DNA of 64,000 nt, from assembly GCF_037042905.1 (NCBI RefSeq), contig NC_087260.1:21700001-21764000 (forward strand), in the 5' to 3' direction. The DNA comes from Lytechinus pictus (taxonomy: Eukaryota). Position 1 is the stretch's first letter. Each line of letters opens with the position of its first letter. Below the pieces are notes generated by a model, which saw only the letters and a list, made by a program, of their open reading frames with translations, made no database searches and was not told the origin of the DNA. The position numbers were made by a program, and so were the translations under genes. Positions 52,556 through 64,000 of the stretch are shown one piece after another.

Positions 52556-55500
52556 AATCATCTTGTGAAGGGTATCACCTATCATCTCAAGAAGAGTACG
52601 AATCACTTATCACTTTTGTTGTGCGCCTCCATAGAGGTAGCCTCTTTCATTTAGGGCTCTGTTCATTTTGTTGATTTTTTGCCTTATTTTGAGGTTATCT
52701 TGAATTTAGTTGTTAACACTGCATTCTGTATATGTCAAGGATCTTGCTAGACCTTTTTTATTCAATATTTTGGTGAGTAAGCTCAGTATTGAGAAGTTGT
52801 ATTTTATGTACCATATCTGAACTTGCTCAACACTGCCATTTTCAGTGTCCTGTGTTACACTCATGCCTCTATTCACTGTCTATTTTACTTATTGTTCAGG
52901 CAGTTCAGTTTGTACTTCACTTCTGCCTCTTTAATCACAGACAGTAGTGACATTCCATCTACAATGGAGGGGATTAAGTTCCTTAGGTTCTTCTTTTGTG
53001 TATCATTGATTGTATTTCTTTTGAATATTAACCATGTATTCACTCTGCCTTCTGATGCCAGAGTTACCTATTCATGTTCTGTTATTCCTGTATACAGGCA
53101 TCTGAAGTACTGTAGTAGGCCTATTGCTTACTATAGCAATACAAGTGCCTGTTTTCAGTTAGCCATTTTACTATCAGGTGATATTCATATGAATCCAGGC
53201 CCACGCTATGATGTTGATTCATTTAAATCTACTAATGAATATTGTAACAGTTCACAGTCAGATCGTATTCAATATGATGTTCTCACTCTCCATCAGTTAG
53301 ATAGGAAGCCTTCTCATCATCTTCCTCTGACTGTTTGGAAAAGGATTTGTGACCTTGGTATCCGCCGACATGGTCCTACTCATCGCGGACACAGGCGTAT
53401 GGTCTCAAGGCCGCATCCCCTTCCTTCGAGGCCTACTGGTACTCGTTTAGGTTTATGGAATGCACGATCCTTGACAAACAAGATTGATGTAGTGACTTCT
53501 TTGATCATAGATAATGATATTGATGTATTAGTTATCACTGAGTCTTGGTTTTCAGGTGATCACAGAGATGACCCTACTATTGCGCAGTTGAAATTGTCCC
53601 TTCCAAATTACAACATTATCAATCGTCCCAGGAAGACTAGGGGAGGAGGTATATGTGTCCTCTACAGGTCCACAGCACGCTGTGTTGTAAATGAAACCTT
53701 CAATTGTTCCTCATTTGAATTTTTGGATCTAACCGTCCATCTTACCCCATCATCTCCTGTTAAACTGTATTGCATTTACCGCCCACCCCAATCCTCCCGG
53801 CACACTTTTTCAAGTGGTGATTTTCTTGAAGAGTTTCTCACTCTTCTGGAAAGTGCTGCTGTGGATGTTCATCCTCCTATTCTTCTTGGTGACTTTAATA
53901 TTCACGTGGATGATTCTTCAGACAATTTTGCTAGATCTTTTCTTAATGGAGTGGAAGCCCTTGGATTCAAACAACACATCAACGGGCCTACACACAAGGC
54001 TGGTCATACACTCGACCTTATCCTTAGTAGAAATTCGGAAGATATTATCTCCCAGCATAGCATTTTACCATCTCTGCCATCTGATCACTCTGCTATTATA
54101 TGTACTATTAATCTCAAAGGGCCCCAAAACCCCAAGAAGAAAGTGACTTTCAGGAAACTTTCTAACATTGACCCTAAATATTTTAGTCTGGATGTTAAAG
54201 ATGTCTTAGATTCCATTCAATTTCCCTCTTGCCCATCTGAGGCTGCTTCTCTGTATAACGACTGTCTTGGTAAACTGATGGACAAGCACGCCCCTCTGCA
54301 GACTGTGACTGTTACAGTTAGACCAAAAGCTCCCTGGTTCTCTGCTGAAATTAGGGAGGCACGGCGACTGAGGCGACGCGCAGAACGTCGAATGATGAAG
54401 TCTGGCCTGCAGGTTGATAAGACATTATATCGTCAAGAATGCGAAACTTACTACAATCTCCTCACTGATGCCAAATCAAAATACTTTAGATCTGAAATCG
54501 CTAACGCCGACTCCAAACAGCTATTTAGTATTGTACAGAAACTCACCACCCCCTCTCAGTCCTCCATTTATCCTGAACACTCATCTGCTTCTGATCTCGC
54601 CAACAAATTCAGTGAATTCTTTAGCAAGAGGATCAGTGATATTGTGTCCTCTTTTGCACCTGACGTTCCTAGTGATCAACAACATCCTGTGGGCTCTTTG
54701 AATTGCAAAATGAGTGAGTTTACTCCAGTGACTGAAGTTCAACTTCGCCATCTCATCAAGTCATTACCACCGAAGTTATGCAGTCTTGATCCTCTTCCAA
54801 CTTGGTTGCTCAAAGACTGTATTGATGAACTTCTACCGCTTCTCATAAACATTATCAATTCATCACTCACAACAGGTGTTGTCCCTGAATCATTCAAATC
54901 ATCACTAGTTCTTCCTCTGTTGAAAAAGCCCAATCTTGATCCGAATGACTTTGGCAATTATCGCCCTATCGCCAACCTGCCATTTGTTAGCAAGGTTTTG
55001 GAGAGAATCGTCGCATCCCAGCTCATGTGCTATGTGGACAGTCATCATTTACTTCCTGAGAAGCAGTCAGCATATCGCAACTTTCATTCAACAGAAACGG
55101 CTCTCTTGAAAGTACTCAACGATCTACTGCTTACCGTCGACAAGGGTAACGAAGCTGCACTCCTTCTACTGGACTATTCTGCGGCGTTTGACACTTTAGA
55201 CCACTCAGTGTTGCTCCAGCGTCTTGCACATGACTACTCCATTACCGGAACGGCTCAAAATTGGATTGAGTCATACCTGCAAGATCGTACTCAGCGGGTG
55301 ATTATCAATGGAACTTTCTCAGCACCTTTCGCTTTGAGCTGCGGAGTCCCCCAAGGTTCTGTTGTGGGCCCTCTCCTATTTCTTCTGTACACTGGTCCTC
55401 TCGCAAAAATTATCACTAGCCATCGGGGTGTGAGTTATGAGTTATGCCATGTATGCAGATGACACGCAAATCTACGTATCCATGGCATCCGACCAGAAGA

Positions 55501-56286
55501 CATATGCTGTTAATCTACTGAGTGACTGCCTCAAGGACATCAAGGTCTGGTCAGCGAAGAACAGACTCCGTCTCAACGAAGCCAAATCAGAACTGGTACA
55601 TCTTTCTCCGCAATTTAGAGCTACGGAGCCTCTGCCAGACTTCAATATGGGAGAGGGCATACTTAAGATGTCTGACTCTGTCAAAGACCTTGGTGTCACT
55701 TTAGACAAGCACCTTACCCTCCAGCCACATATCAGGAACATCTGCAAATCAGCATCATGGGGTTTATTTAGGATTGGTAAGGTCAGGCGACTACTCGACC
55801 AAGCCTCTACTGAAAAACTCATTCATGCCTTCGTCTCATCCCATCTAGACTATTGCAACTCCCTCTTTGCCGGCCTCCCAATTTCTTCCATCTCTCCCCT
55901 CCAGCGAATCCTCAACACTGCAGCGAGAATGGTAACCTTGAGCAAGAAACACGAACACATCACCCCTATTCTCCGATCACTTCATTGGCTTCCGGTTCAC
56001 TCTCGCATAACGTTCAAAATTCTACTCATTGTATACAAAATTACCCATAATATGTCACCCAAATATCTCCAAGACCTTATTTCCCTTCGTTCTTCCTCTT
56101 CTGTCAGATCCTTACGTTCATCATATTCCAATAATTTAATTCATGGCCCTCGCACTAAGACCCGATATGGTGATCGTGCATTTTCTGTAATTGCTCCCAC
56201 CCTCTGGAATAAACTCCCAATTCATATCCAAAATGCTCCCTCCGTAGAAATTTTCAAATCGTCACTTAAAGCTCACCTTTTCTCAT

Positions 56287-56344
<58 letters not shown>

Positions 56345-56417
56345 ACCGATTGACTGTATATTATTATAATCTGCCAACCTGTGCGCTTTGAAACACCAGT
56401 ATAAAGCGCCCTACAAA

Positions 56418-56448
<31 letters not shown>
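52556..56448 (+). mobile_element. Near full-length single-ORF L2-clade LINE
   Basis: 15-bp direct repeat ATCATCTTAAGAAGA at 52541-52555 and 56449-56463; APE+RT ORF; 3' GCGC stem-loop and (TTA)n tail. Confidence 0.92.
52964..56288 (+). pseudogene. L2 ORF (2A-like peptide + APE endonuclease + reverse transcriptase), 1105 aa if one 7-bp duplication is removed
   Basis: DIHMNPGP; GLWNARSL, ITESW, IYRPP, GDFNIH, TLDLI, SDH; NYRPIANL, DYSAAFDTLDH, GVPQGS, YADD; frameshift at 55431-55444. Confidence 0.92.
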
Positions 56449-56450
<2 letters not shown>

Positions 56451-56823
56451 CATCTTAAGAAGAGCAATTAAGTTCGGAAATCTTCAATGTTAAAAATCAA
56501 ATCGAATTATTGGGTGATGGGTCAATACACGGAGAATGAAGGAGATAGCGCAGGATGTTTGGAATGGATCAAAGGACAAAAATATACACCCAAAAAGGAA
56601 GTAAAGAAGGAAAATTGATATCGACTGTCTTTTATGATGCATAATAAAATCATATTGGGTTTCCTCCGAATCAGGTACTCAAAGCACTTGCCCCGAACAT
56701 TGCCCTGGGAATTGGTGGTGCTGGGGGTTCTCCGTATACCATAAGCAGCACCTATAGTAATGAGTCTGGTATGCCAAAGTATATAATATGTGATCAAAAT
56801 CGCCTTTATTTTCGAGCAAAAAC

Positions 56824-56865
<42 letters not shown>

Positions 56866-57023
56866 AATCACGTTCAGTTTGGAGTAAAGACTTTTTTTGA
56901 GGGGGGGGGAGCTTGTCAACTTTTTTTTGTAAACCAAAACCTCCTCTTCAAAAATCGTACCCATGCAGGCCCCTATAGCAGGCCCCAAATAGGATTGGTC
57001 GTATATAATTCAATTCTAATTCA

Positions 57024-57202
57024 CAGGGGCCGCGGAAGGGTTTGATAGTGGGGGGAGGGGCTGAGCCAAAAATGACCGGGGCTGATCATACAAAAACTCA
57101 CAATCAGATAACAAGTTTTAAGTTTGTGTACACGGTTTTGGAAAAAAGTGGGGGTGCAGCCCAACCAGCCCCCCCCCCCCCCTCTCGTTTCCGCGGTCCC
57201 TG
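57024..57202. mobile_element. Small hAT-like MITE
   Basis: CAGGGGCCGCGGAA ... TTCCGCGGTCCCTG; no clean TSD. Confidence 0.6.
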
Positions 57203-59685
57203 AATTAAATTCCAAAGGCGCATTGCTTGTGGTATTTTGCCAGTTAAATTCATTATTTCAAATAGTAACAGTCCCTTCTTTAGTCAGTCATGGAAGTGAT
57301 TGACCCTGGTAGTGTGACAAGTTAACAGGCAAAGTTCACCTTTAAACGCCATTGAATGAATAAATAATGGCGGGGTTAATTGAATTAAATATTTTATTTT
57401 CTCCTCATTGTCTTATGAAACAATATTAGGCCTATTTTTTTATTCCTCACTGAACGGAATTACCATTTTTTAAACACTTTATGGTCAGTCAAGTTGGCCT
57501 CCCTTGTCAAATGTGTAAAAGTGGAAATATTGTATAATTCAAACAATAAAAAAGAACTAAAGAAATAGTGAGTGAAGGACATCATCAACCCTCTCATTTG
57601 CATGTCACTTTATTGTGCATATAACTGTTAGTGAAAAATAAGCGAAAATCTAAAATGTCGTAACTTTCTTATTTTACATCCGATTTGGCTAGTCAGAAAA
57701 CTGTTCTGACCGCAGAGAGACGTTGTAAGCGCTAACAATGTACTAACAAAGGCCCTGTAACGATAGCTAATATGACAGCGATGCCCAATGTTACAACAAT
57801 GTATTACTTAATAAATGTTTTGACTTCAGAATCCGGAAGATGTTACTGGTCTTACTGTTAGCGCTCTGTTGACGTTTCTGTGCGGCCGACGCTAGTTCTG
57901 GACGAACTAGGACTAGACCCTATAATGATACAAAGATCACCCCCATCTTACTTTAAATTAGACAGACTGAAGCAAATATATTCCCTCTCAGTTTGCCAAA
58001 CGTCCAAACACTTTAAAAATGCATAGTCTATTTAATACTAAAATTCCCAAAACACTGTCAAAACTTGCCAAGTTTGTTAATATTATTATGACACAGTTTC
58101 GTAGATAAGTACCAAATGTATATACCTGTATATTAATCTGTTATTATATCCTTTTTCTATCTCTTTTTGCTATTCATGTGTTCAAAAGTATTATCTTTTG
58201 CATTCAAAGCTTTCTTCACCTCTTTTTGCCATCTTGTTATAGCTTTTTATATTTATTCATGTTTTGTTATGTATGTATTTATGTACGTATATGCATACTA
58301 ATGTATGAATGTATGATGTATGTATGACTGTGTATATTCTCATACTCCGAAAGGGGTCGACAGAATAAAGTTTCAGTTTCAGTATCTGCATCTTGTAATA
58401 ATATGCTTCTATAAAAACCTGATTTCTCAACTATACACCCCCCCCCCCCCTAATATTAAGGGTGTGCTGTCAGGAAATCGATTTTTTTTTTCTCTCAAGG
58501 GAATTTGGAAAAGAAAAGAGAAATTAATTTAAAAAAAATAGAATTAAAAGAAGAAAGTCTGGAAAGATATAAAGAAAAGTTTATATAAAAAAAGAGTCAT
58601 GGAGACATGATAGACCTACCGTATTTTTTATTTATTTATTTTTTCTGTGCATCATCATACGAATACAAAATTAATTTCAGGGTGATCGAGCTCCGTGATA
58701 ATCTCACCCTTACTCTATATTTTGTTTCTACTAGGCCTATCCTTGGGGACCGTTTATTAGCGTTTCATGATGAAAGGACTTGTCGGACGTTTTATCTGAC
58801 AAGTCTTTTATACCGACAGTTGTCATAGTAACAATGCTTCTCATCCAATCAAAATCAAGGAAAGTTGTCGGATGGAACTTGATGAAACGCTCCCATGATC
58901 ATAATTGCATAGATTGCGCTGCATTGTGCAATACTATATATAGCGCTACTATTATTAATTTTGTTTATTTTATTTTTTCCTTAAGCTAAGAGGGCGCTCT
59001 AACAATTAATTTGGTTGATGTAACTCGAAGTCAAGCTTCTGCTGGCATTTTGCCCGGGAATTCGCCGCTATCTTTCCAGGTAAGATGTTTATGATAGCAC
59101 TTGAATTTTGAAATTTCATAAACCATTGTTGGGAGGAGACTCCTGTGATGTTAACCCATGGCTGTATTGGTACGATTTGCACATCAAAATCTTGTTATTT
59201 TATAATATCACCATCGCAGCTCGTTACATCATTCGGAGCCCTCCTCTCCCGCTGCCCGGGCGGGCTGGAGATCGGAGCAATAGTGGTGCGTGTGTGTACA
59301 GTGTGGCGTGAGTCGCTGTTGGAGAGGGGGAGCGAGTGATACTATTACTACACTGGTTTTGGTGCTCATTTTCCTGGTTGTTTAATGGGTTAAGTAGCAG
59401 ATGATGTGGGGTGTAAAGAATAAAAACATATTCTGAGTGTCTACTGTTAATTATTTAAGAATGAAAGAAAGAAGGAAAGGAAAGAGAAAGAAAGGAAGGA
59501 AAGAATAGTGAACTAAATTTCATAAAAGGATTGGTGTTAAATCTATGATATCTGATCTACACTCTAACATAAGTATTTTATTTTTTAAGGAAAGAAGCTC
59601 TTAGCTCATGGAATCAATTCTGTCGTGATAGCTGATGGATGAATGAAACGGCCTTCTCCTCGCTGTAGGCCTATCGTAGATCACA

Positions 59686-59773
59686 ATGGGAGTTCAAGGA
59701 TTGTGGCGATTGGTTGAATCAACTGGAAGGCCTGTCAATCTGGAATCCCTTGAAGGCAAAGTGATCGCTGTTG
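59686..59773 (+). CDS. ERCC5: ERCC5/XPG DNA excision repair endonuclease, coding exon 1
   Basis: [29 protein letters not shown](D), the XPG N-domain start; 88 coding bp. Confidence 0.95.
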
Positions 59774-60607
59774 GTATCCTTTGATTTGAGTTCCAGATAG
59801 TGATTACAGAATCTGATAAAAATACTCAAATTTTAACATACAGCTCACTTTTCGAAGTCAACCACAAAAATCTGTTCAATATGGAAGAAATTTGACTCAG
59901 AAGAGGCATTATCTGGTGAAAAAAATTCTTTTGACTTGGGCAAATGTTTGAATTGTCACTTCTGGAAGGTCCTCCTCTGCAAGGTTACATGTATAATCTA
60001 ACCATTCTATTTTTTTTTGAAAGATTTATGTCAAAAGATTATGGTAGAAAAATTAGAAATTGCATAGGAATAAGAAAGTGGACTTTCATGGTAGATTACC
60101 CAGTAGGCTGTGAAAAGTAGTCCCTAATATATATTCTTTTTGCATGCTAGATAGGATTGATACATGTATAACATATGCCCATCATTTATCATGCTGGTGG
60201 TTTGCAGGAAATTTTCAGAATTAATGAATTGGCTTTTCAAAGAAGAACTTTGTCTTTTCATACTCGAGGTCAAGTTCTTAAGTCCTTTTTCATTTCTGAT
60301 TTTTAAAAATGTACAAAGAATAACTACAGAGGACAAACATATTAATATGATATCATTTCAGATTTGATCATAGCAATAATTTATAAGACTTGACCCTGAC
60401 ATACGTGTGTACTGAGAGGCATACATGAAAACAATAAGTCAATTGAAGAAGTAAGATCTGAGAAACTGAAGTTTTCTAGCTTTCCCCAATAGTAGGCCTA
60501 CATTGTCAAAATAAGTATGAATATCTTAATGTTACTCGTGGAAGGTGTGAAAGCCTTGAAATAAAGCGACAAGATGTTATTTGTCCTTGACACACTGTTC
60601 TTGATAG
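59774..60607 (+). other. ERCC5: U12-type (minor spliceosome) GT-AG intron
   Basis: 5' site GTATCCTTT; branch site TCCTTGAC at 60584-60591, 16 nt before the exon; AG at 60606-60607. Confidence 0.92.
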
Positions 60608-60774
60608 ATGTAAGTATTTGGTTGAACCAGGCTGTTCTAGGTGTCCATGGTAGTGGCATCACTAATCCACACCTTCAGGTCCTGTTCAACCGCATCTGCA
60701 AGCTCCTCTTCTACCGGATCAAACCAATCTTTGTCTTTGACGGAGCCCCACCTCAACTCAAGAAACAAACATTG
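60608..60774 (+). CDS. ERCC5: ERCC5/XPG coding exon 2
   Basis: DVSIWLNQA...[35 protein letters not shown]|gtaag. Confidence 0.95.
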
Positions 60775-60844
60775 GTAAGAGCTTTAACAAAAAATAAAAT
60801 CATGCAAGAAATATTTGTTTCAATCCATCATTCGTAAAAGGTTA

Positions 60845-61264
60845 GGGCAACCGCACACCTTACAATTGGTCTGTGACCCGATTTTGGAATAAAACCTCAT
60901 AGAATTCAATGCTAGTATGGAGACATGGAATATCTTACTGTGTAATGTTCTATAAAAATCATTGTACGAATACCTATGTTCAAATCTGTGACTGTGCGAT
61001 CAGCCTTATTAGAATCAAAGCGAATGTAATATTTAATCATAATAATATCATAGCAATCATAAGATTGGCTGCGATTTGAAACTAATTTGGCCTTTACTCC
61101 AAAATAAATGCTTGCAATCATCCAATATTTTCATATCAGTGTCCTTTCAATTAATTTGAACCACAAATAAAAGAATACTTTTCATTCAAATTTTAAAAAA
61201 AAAAGCAAAATGCAATTTGGTCAGCAATCGCATCGTGAGCCCTTCATAAGGTGTGCGGTTGCCT
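60845..61264. mobile_element. PIF/Harbinger-type MITE in ERCC5 intron
   Basis: TTA|GGGCAACCGCACACCTTA ... TAAGGTGTGCGGTTGCCT|TTA. Confidence 0.8.
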
Positions 61265-62307
61265 TTAGTAGAATATGTCACTATGATGTGCCCAGAAAAA
61301 AGCATCCTCTAAAGCTAGTCCATTAAAGTTGAATAGATTTTATGCTTGTTGTGTCTTGAGTGTATTATAGCCCCCCACACCTGACCGAATGTAGGCGGAT
61401 GAAGGGTGATGAATGGGAAAAATGCTCGAAATGCACGTGAATTCAACAAATTCAAATAAAATTTCTGTCAAATCATGGGATCATACTATTGTCAAATTTT
61501 ATCAACGAACGGTAAGCGAAGGATAAATATGACATGCGAAGGTTATCGATTTTTCGGTTTACCTCTTTGAGAAAATCGCAGCCGAAGACAAGCGAAGGGT
61601 TGGTATAACCCAATGAGATGAACGAACAGTGAGCAATGGTTTGATATGGCGTGCAATTAGAAACGAAGACAAGGGAATAGATCGGGCGTTCTTGTACGTT
61701 TGTGTCATCATGTTGCTTCGTTAAGGGTTCTTACGAGATTAGTCCACTTTGGCAAAAGCGCAATGAGGGACTATGTGCGACAATAACACACGAACGATAA
61801 AGGAAGGATTACTGCAGACTAAATAAGAGATGCGAAGAAGATGACCAACAATTTTTCAATTCATCTGGAAATTTTAAACTTGTTCAAAATTTCCTTGGAA
61901 TTTGAATAATCGCAGCTGTTAGTTCAGAAGGTGTACGAACCCAAACACGAAGGGTAAATATGATTTACTATCATTTACCATTGAAAACAATTTTTTTTTC
62001 TTTTAGGTATACTCAGTCCGGTCTGGCAATAAAAAAAGTGAGCATATACACATACACCGAGCTGCCTTTGAGCCGGGCTCTGTCCACCTTTATCACATAT
62101 GGTTATCGTGGGCCCTAGATGCTATATATATGATACCTAGTAGGGCCTATTCAGTGCTAGATTCTTCCTCTTCTAGATGGCTCCCTCACTGGCTGGCTCA
62201 ATTTTCTAGTATTACTCGCAAGCAATATGAAAACTATGACCAGGATCAATGACAACTTCATAATACACTATGATACTATGGGTGTTTTTTTTTCTTTGAT
62301 TCTTTAG

Positions 62308-62423
62308 GCTGCTAGACGTCAAAGGAAGGATCTTGCTGCTGCTAGGACAGAGAAGACCACGGAGAGACTTGTTACGAACTACCTCAAATCACATGCCATC
62401 CAGGCTGTAATTGAAGAAAGTGG
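62308..62423 (+). CDS. ERCC5: ERCC5/XPG coding exon 3
   Basis: tctttag|AARRQRKDLAAARTEKTTERLVTNYLKSHAIQAVIEES+GG|gtaagt; 116 bp, in phase. Confidence 0.92.
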
Positions 62424-62672
62424 GTAAGTTCACTTGGAGCCTCTTTTACGCTCTTTCAGGTAATACTTTAGGTTTGCATAGTGGAACAGATAACGTAGAA
62501 AGAGTTAACGGTTCGCCATACATTGGTTAGTCCTTTTTAGGACTGTTGGATGGCAAATTTTGACCTTGAGGCCTGCCTTGGCCCCATCCCTGCACAGAAG
62601 TTGTCACATAGTGTAAAACTGTCTATTGTGTAGTGGGATCAGGGAACCACATTGCACAAAATTGTGCAGTGT

Positions 62673-62957
62673 GGGCGCATCTTGGTCTAGTGGTTCTGAC
62701 TCTCGCCTTTCAAACAGAGGATCGTGGGTTCGAATCCTAGCCATGGCGTGTTTTCCTTCAGCAAGAAATTTATCCACACTGTGCTGCACTCGACCCAGGT
62801 GAGGTGAATGGGTACCCGGCAGGATTATTTCCTTGAATGCACTGAGCGCCGGTGATGGTAGCTAGAGCTAAAGCCGGGGTAATAATAGCAGCGCTTTGTA
62901 TCCTCAGGCAAAAAGCGCTTTATAAATCCAGCTATTATTATTATTATTATTATCATT
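62673..62957 (+). mobile_element. tRNA(Glu)-derived SINE with L2-type 3' tail
   Basis: A and B boxes, same core as 33158; tail AGCGCTTT...AAAGCGCTTTATAAAT...(ATT)n. Confidence 0.9.
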
Positions 62958-63122
62958 AAAATGTATCATAAATAGAGATTGGCCATAACAGTTTAAAGCT
63001 ACTGAATCCTTCAATTTGATTGGCTGATAGTAAACTTGTAGAAATTGTGAATTTGTTAACGTAACAAATTTTATGAAATAAGACCCAGTCCATTAATCAA
63101 ATTCCATTGTTTCTCTATGCAG

Positions 63123-63230
63123 TGAGGGTACCTCAAAGGAACTGCCTCCCCTGCATATCCCAAGAAAGAATGAAACAGATTTATTTGAGCTGCCACCATT
63201 GTCATCAGCTGATCTTCAAGAGAGGAATAG
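63123..63230 (+). CDS. ERCC5: ERCC5/XPG coding exon 4 (gene continues beyond the window)
   Basis: ttctctatgcag|T EGTSKELPPLHIPRKNETDLFELPPLSSADLQERN AG|gtaagt; phase 2 to 2; DLFELPPL motif. Confidence 0.85.
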
Positions 63231-63406
63231 GTAAGTTGACATTTTTGCCTTCTCCCGTCTTTTTTTTTTCATATTTTTATTTCAACAATACCATGATAAT
63301 TCATAACCACTTGGTCTTGCATTAGCCTCTGTGTAACATAATCATGCTATTGCTACAATTCTCCTTTCTCATATACTAAGCACATGGTTAGATAATAGAA
63401 GACCTG

Positions 63407-63675
63407 GGCCCATCTTACAAAAAGTTAGGATTGATCCAATCAATCTCAACTGTAGGGAAATTCATCCATACCATCATTTTTTTTCTACAGGGAATTAGCT
63501 CAATCTCCTTAGTAACAAAAAAATCACACTGAATCTTCAAGAGAATGATGAATGTATGAATATACATCATATCTAGAAAATATTTTGAACATATTTGCAT
63601 TTTAGATGTTGACGTTGCTGGGCATAGATAGTTGTGGTTAATCAGATCAATTGTAACTCTTTGTAAGATGGGGCC
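63407..63675. mobile_element. PIF/Harbinger-type MITE
   Basis: CTG|GGCCCATCTTACAAA ... TTTGTAAGATGGGGCC|CTG; 3-bp TSD CTG. Confidence 0.8.
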
Positions 63676-63911
63676 CTGTACTTTACTTCTTGGATGTGAT
63701 TTGTTGGAAGATGGTTGAATTCGCAACCTCCCATAAAGACAGGCACACAAATTTTCAACCAGCTCAGATGCTCTTTAGTTTCATGTCCGATAGACTACCT
63801 TTTATATTTATAGGCATATCTCACATCTAATTGCATGCTGATATCATATTTTGGTTTGAAATATTCAATTTTCAGTAAAGATTATCCATCTATATTTTCA
63901 TATATCATAAT

Positions 63912-64000
63912 TGCCTTCAGCAAGATATTTTTCTGCATTATGCTGCACTCAACCCAGTTAAGGTTAAAGGGCACCTGGTAGGATTAATTCCCTGAATGCA
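63912..64000 (+). mobile_element. Partial SINE core
   Basis: CCTTCAGCAAGA...TGCTGCACTCAACCCAG matches the SINE core. Confidence 0.65.

Overview
Eukaryotic, AT-rich genomic DNA, most likely a sea urchin (inferred from the repeat families and gene content; not proven). Host genes: two tandem, minus-strand, spliced kisspeptin-receptor-type class A GPCR paralogues (one complete, 393 aa at 14352-17701; the other runs off the left edge), an intronless plus-strand class A GPCR (40634-41785), and the first four coding exons of ERCC5/XPG (59686-63230) with a U12-type first coding intron. The rest is dense with mobile DNA. The most striking item is an 8.7-kb element with no recognisable protein-coding ORF (2074-10764) and A1...B1-A2-B2 split direct repeats (Ngaro/PAT-type tyrosine-recombinase retrotransposon architecture). 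It shares a TAATG core with its target and is nested in a hAT-type MITE. Also present: a near-intact single-ORF L2 LINE with a 2A-like peptide and one 7-bp frameshifting duplication; an SGNH-hydrolase ORF split by an L2 fragment; a foldback element with 15-bp-repeat arms; two Helentron-like (HINE) elements; tRNA-Glu-derived SINEs with two different tails; many MITEs; a minisatellite; and one assembly gap. All calls come from reading the sequence by eye; no database searches were run.
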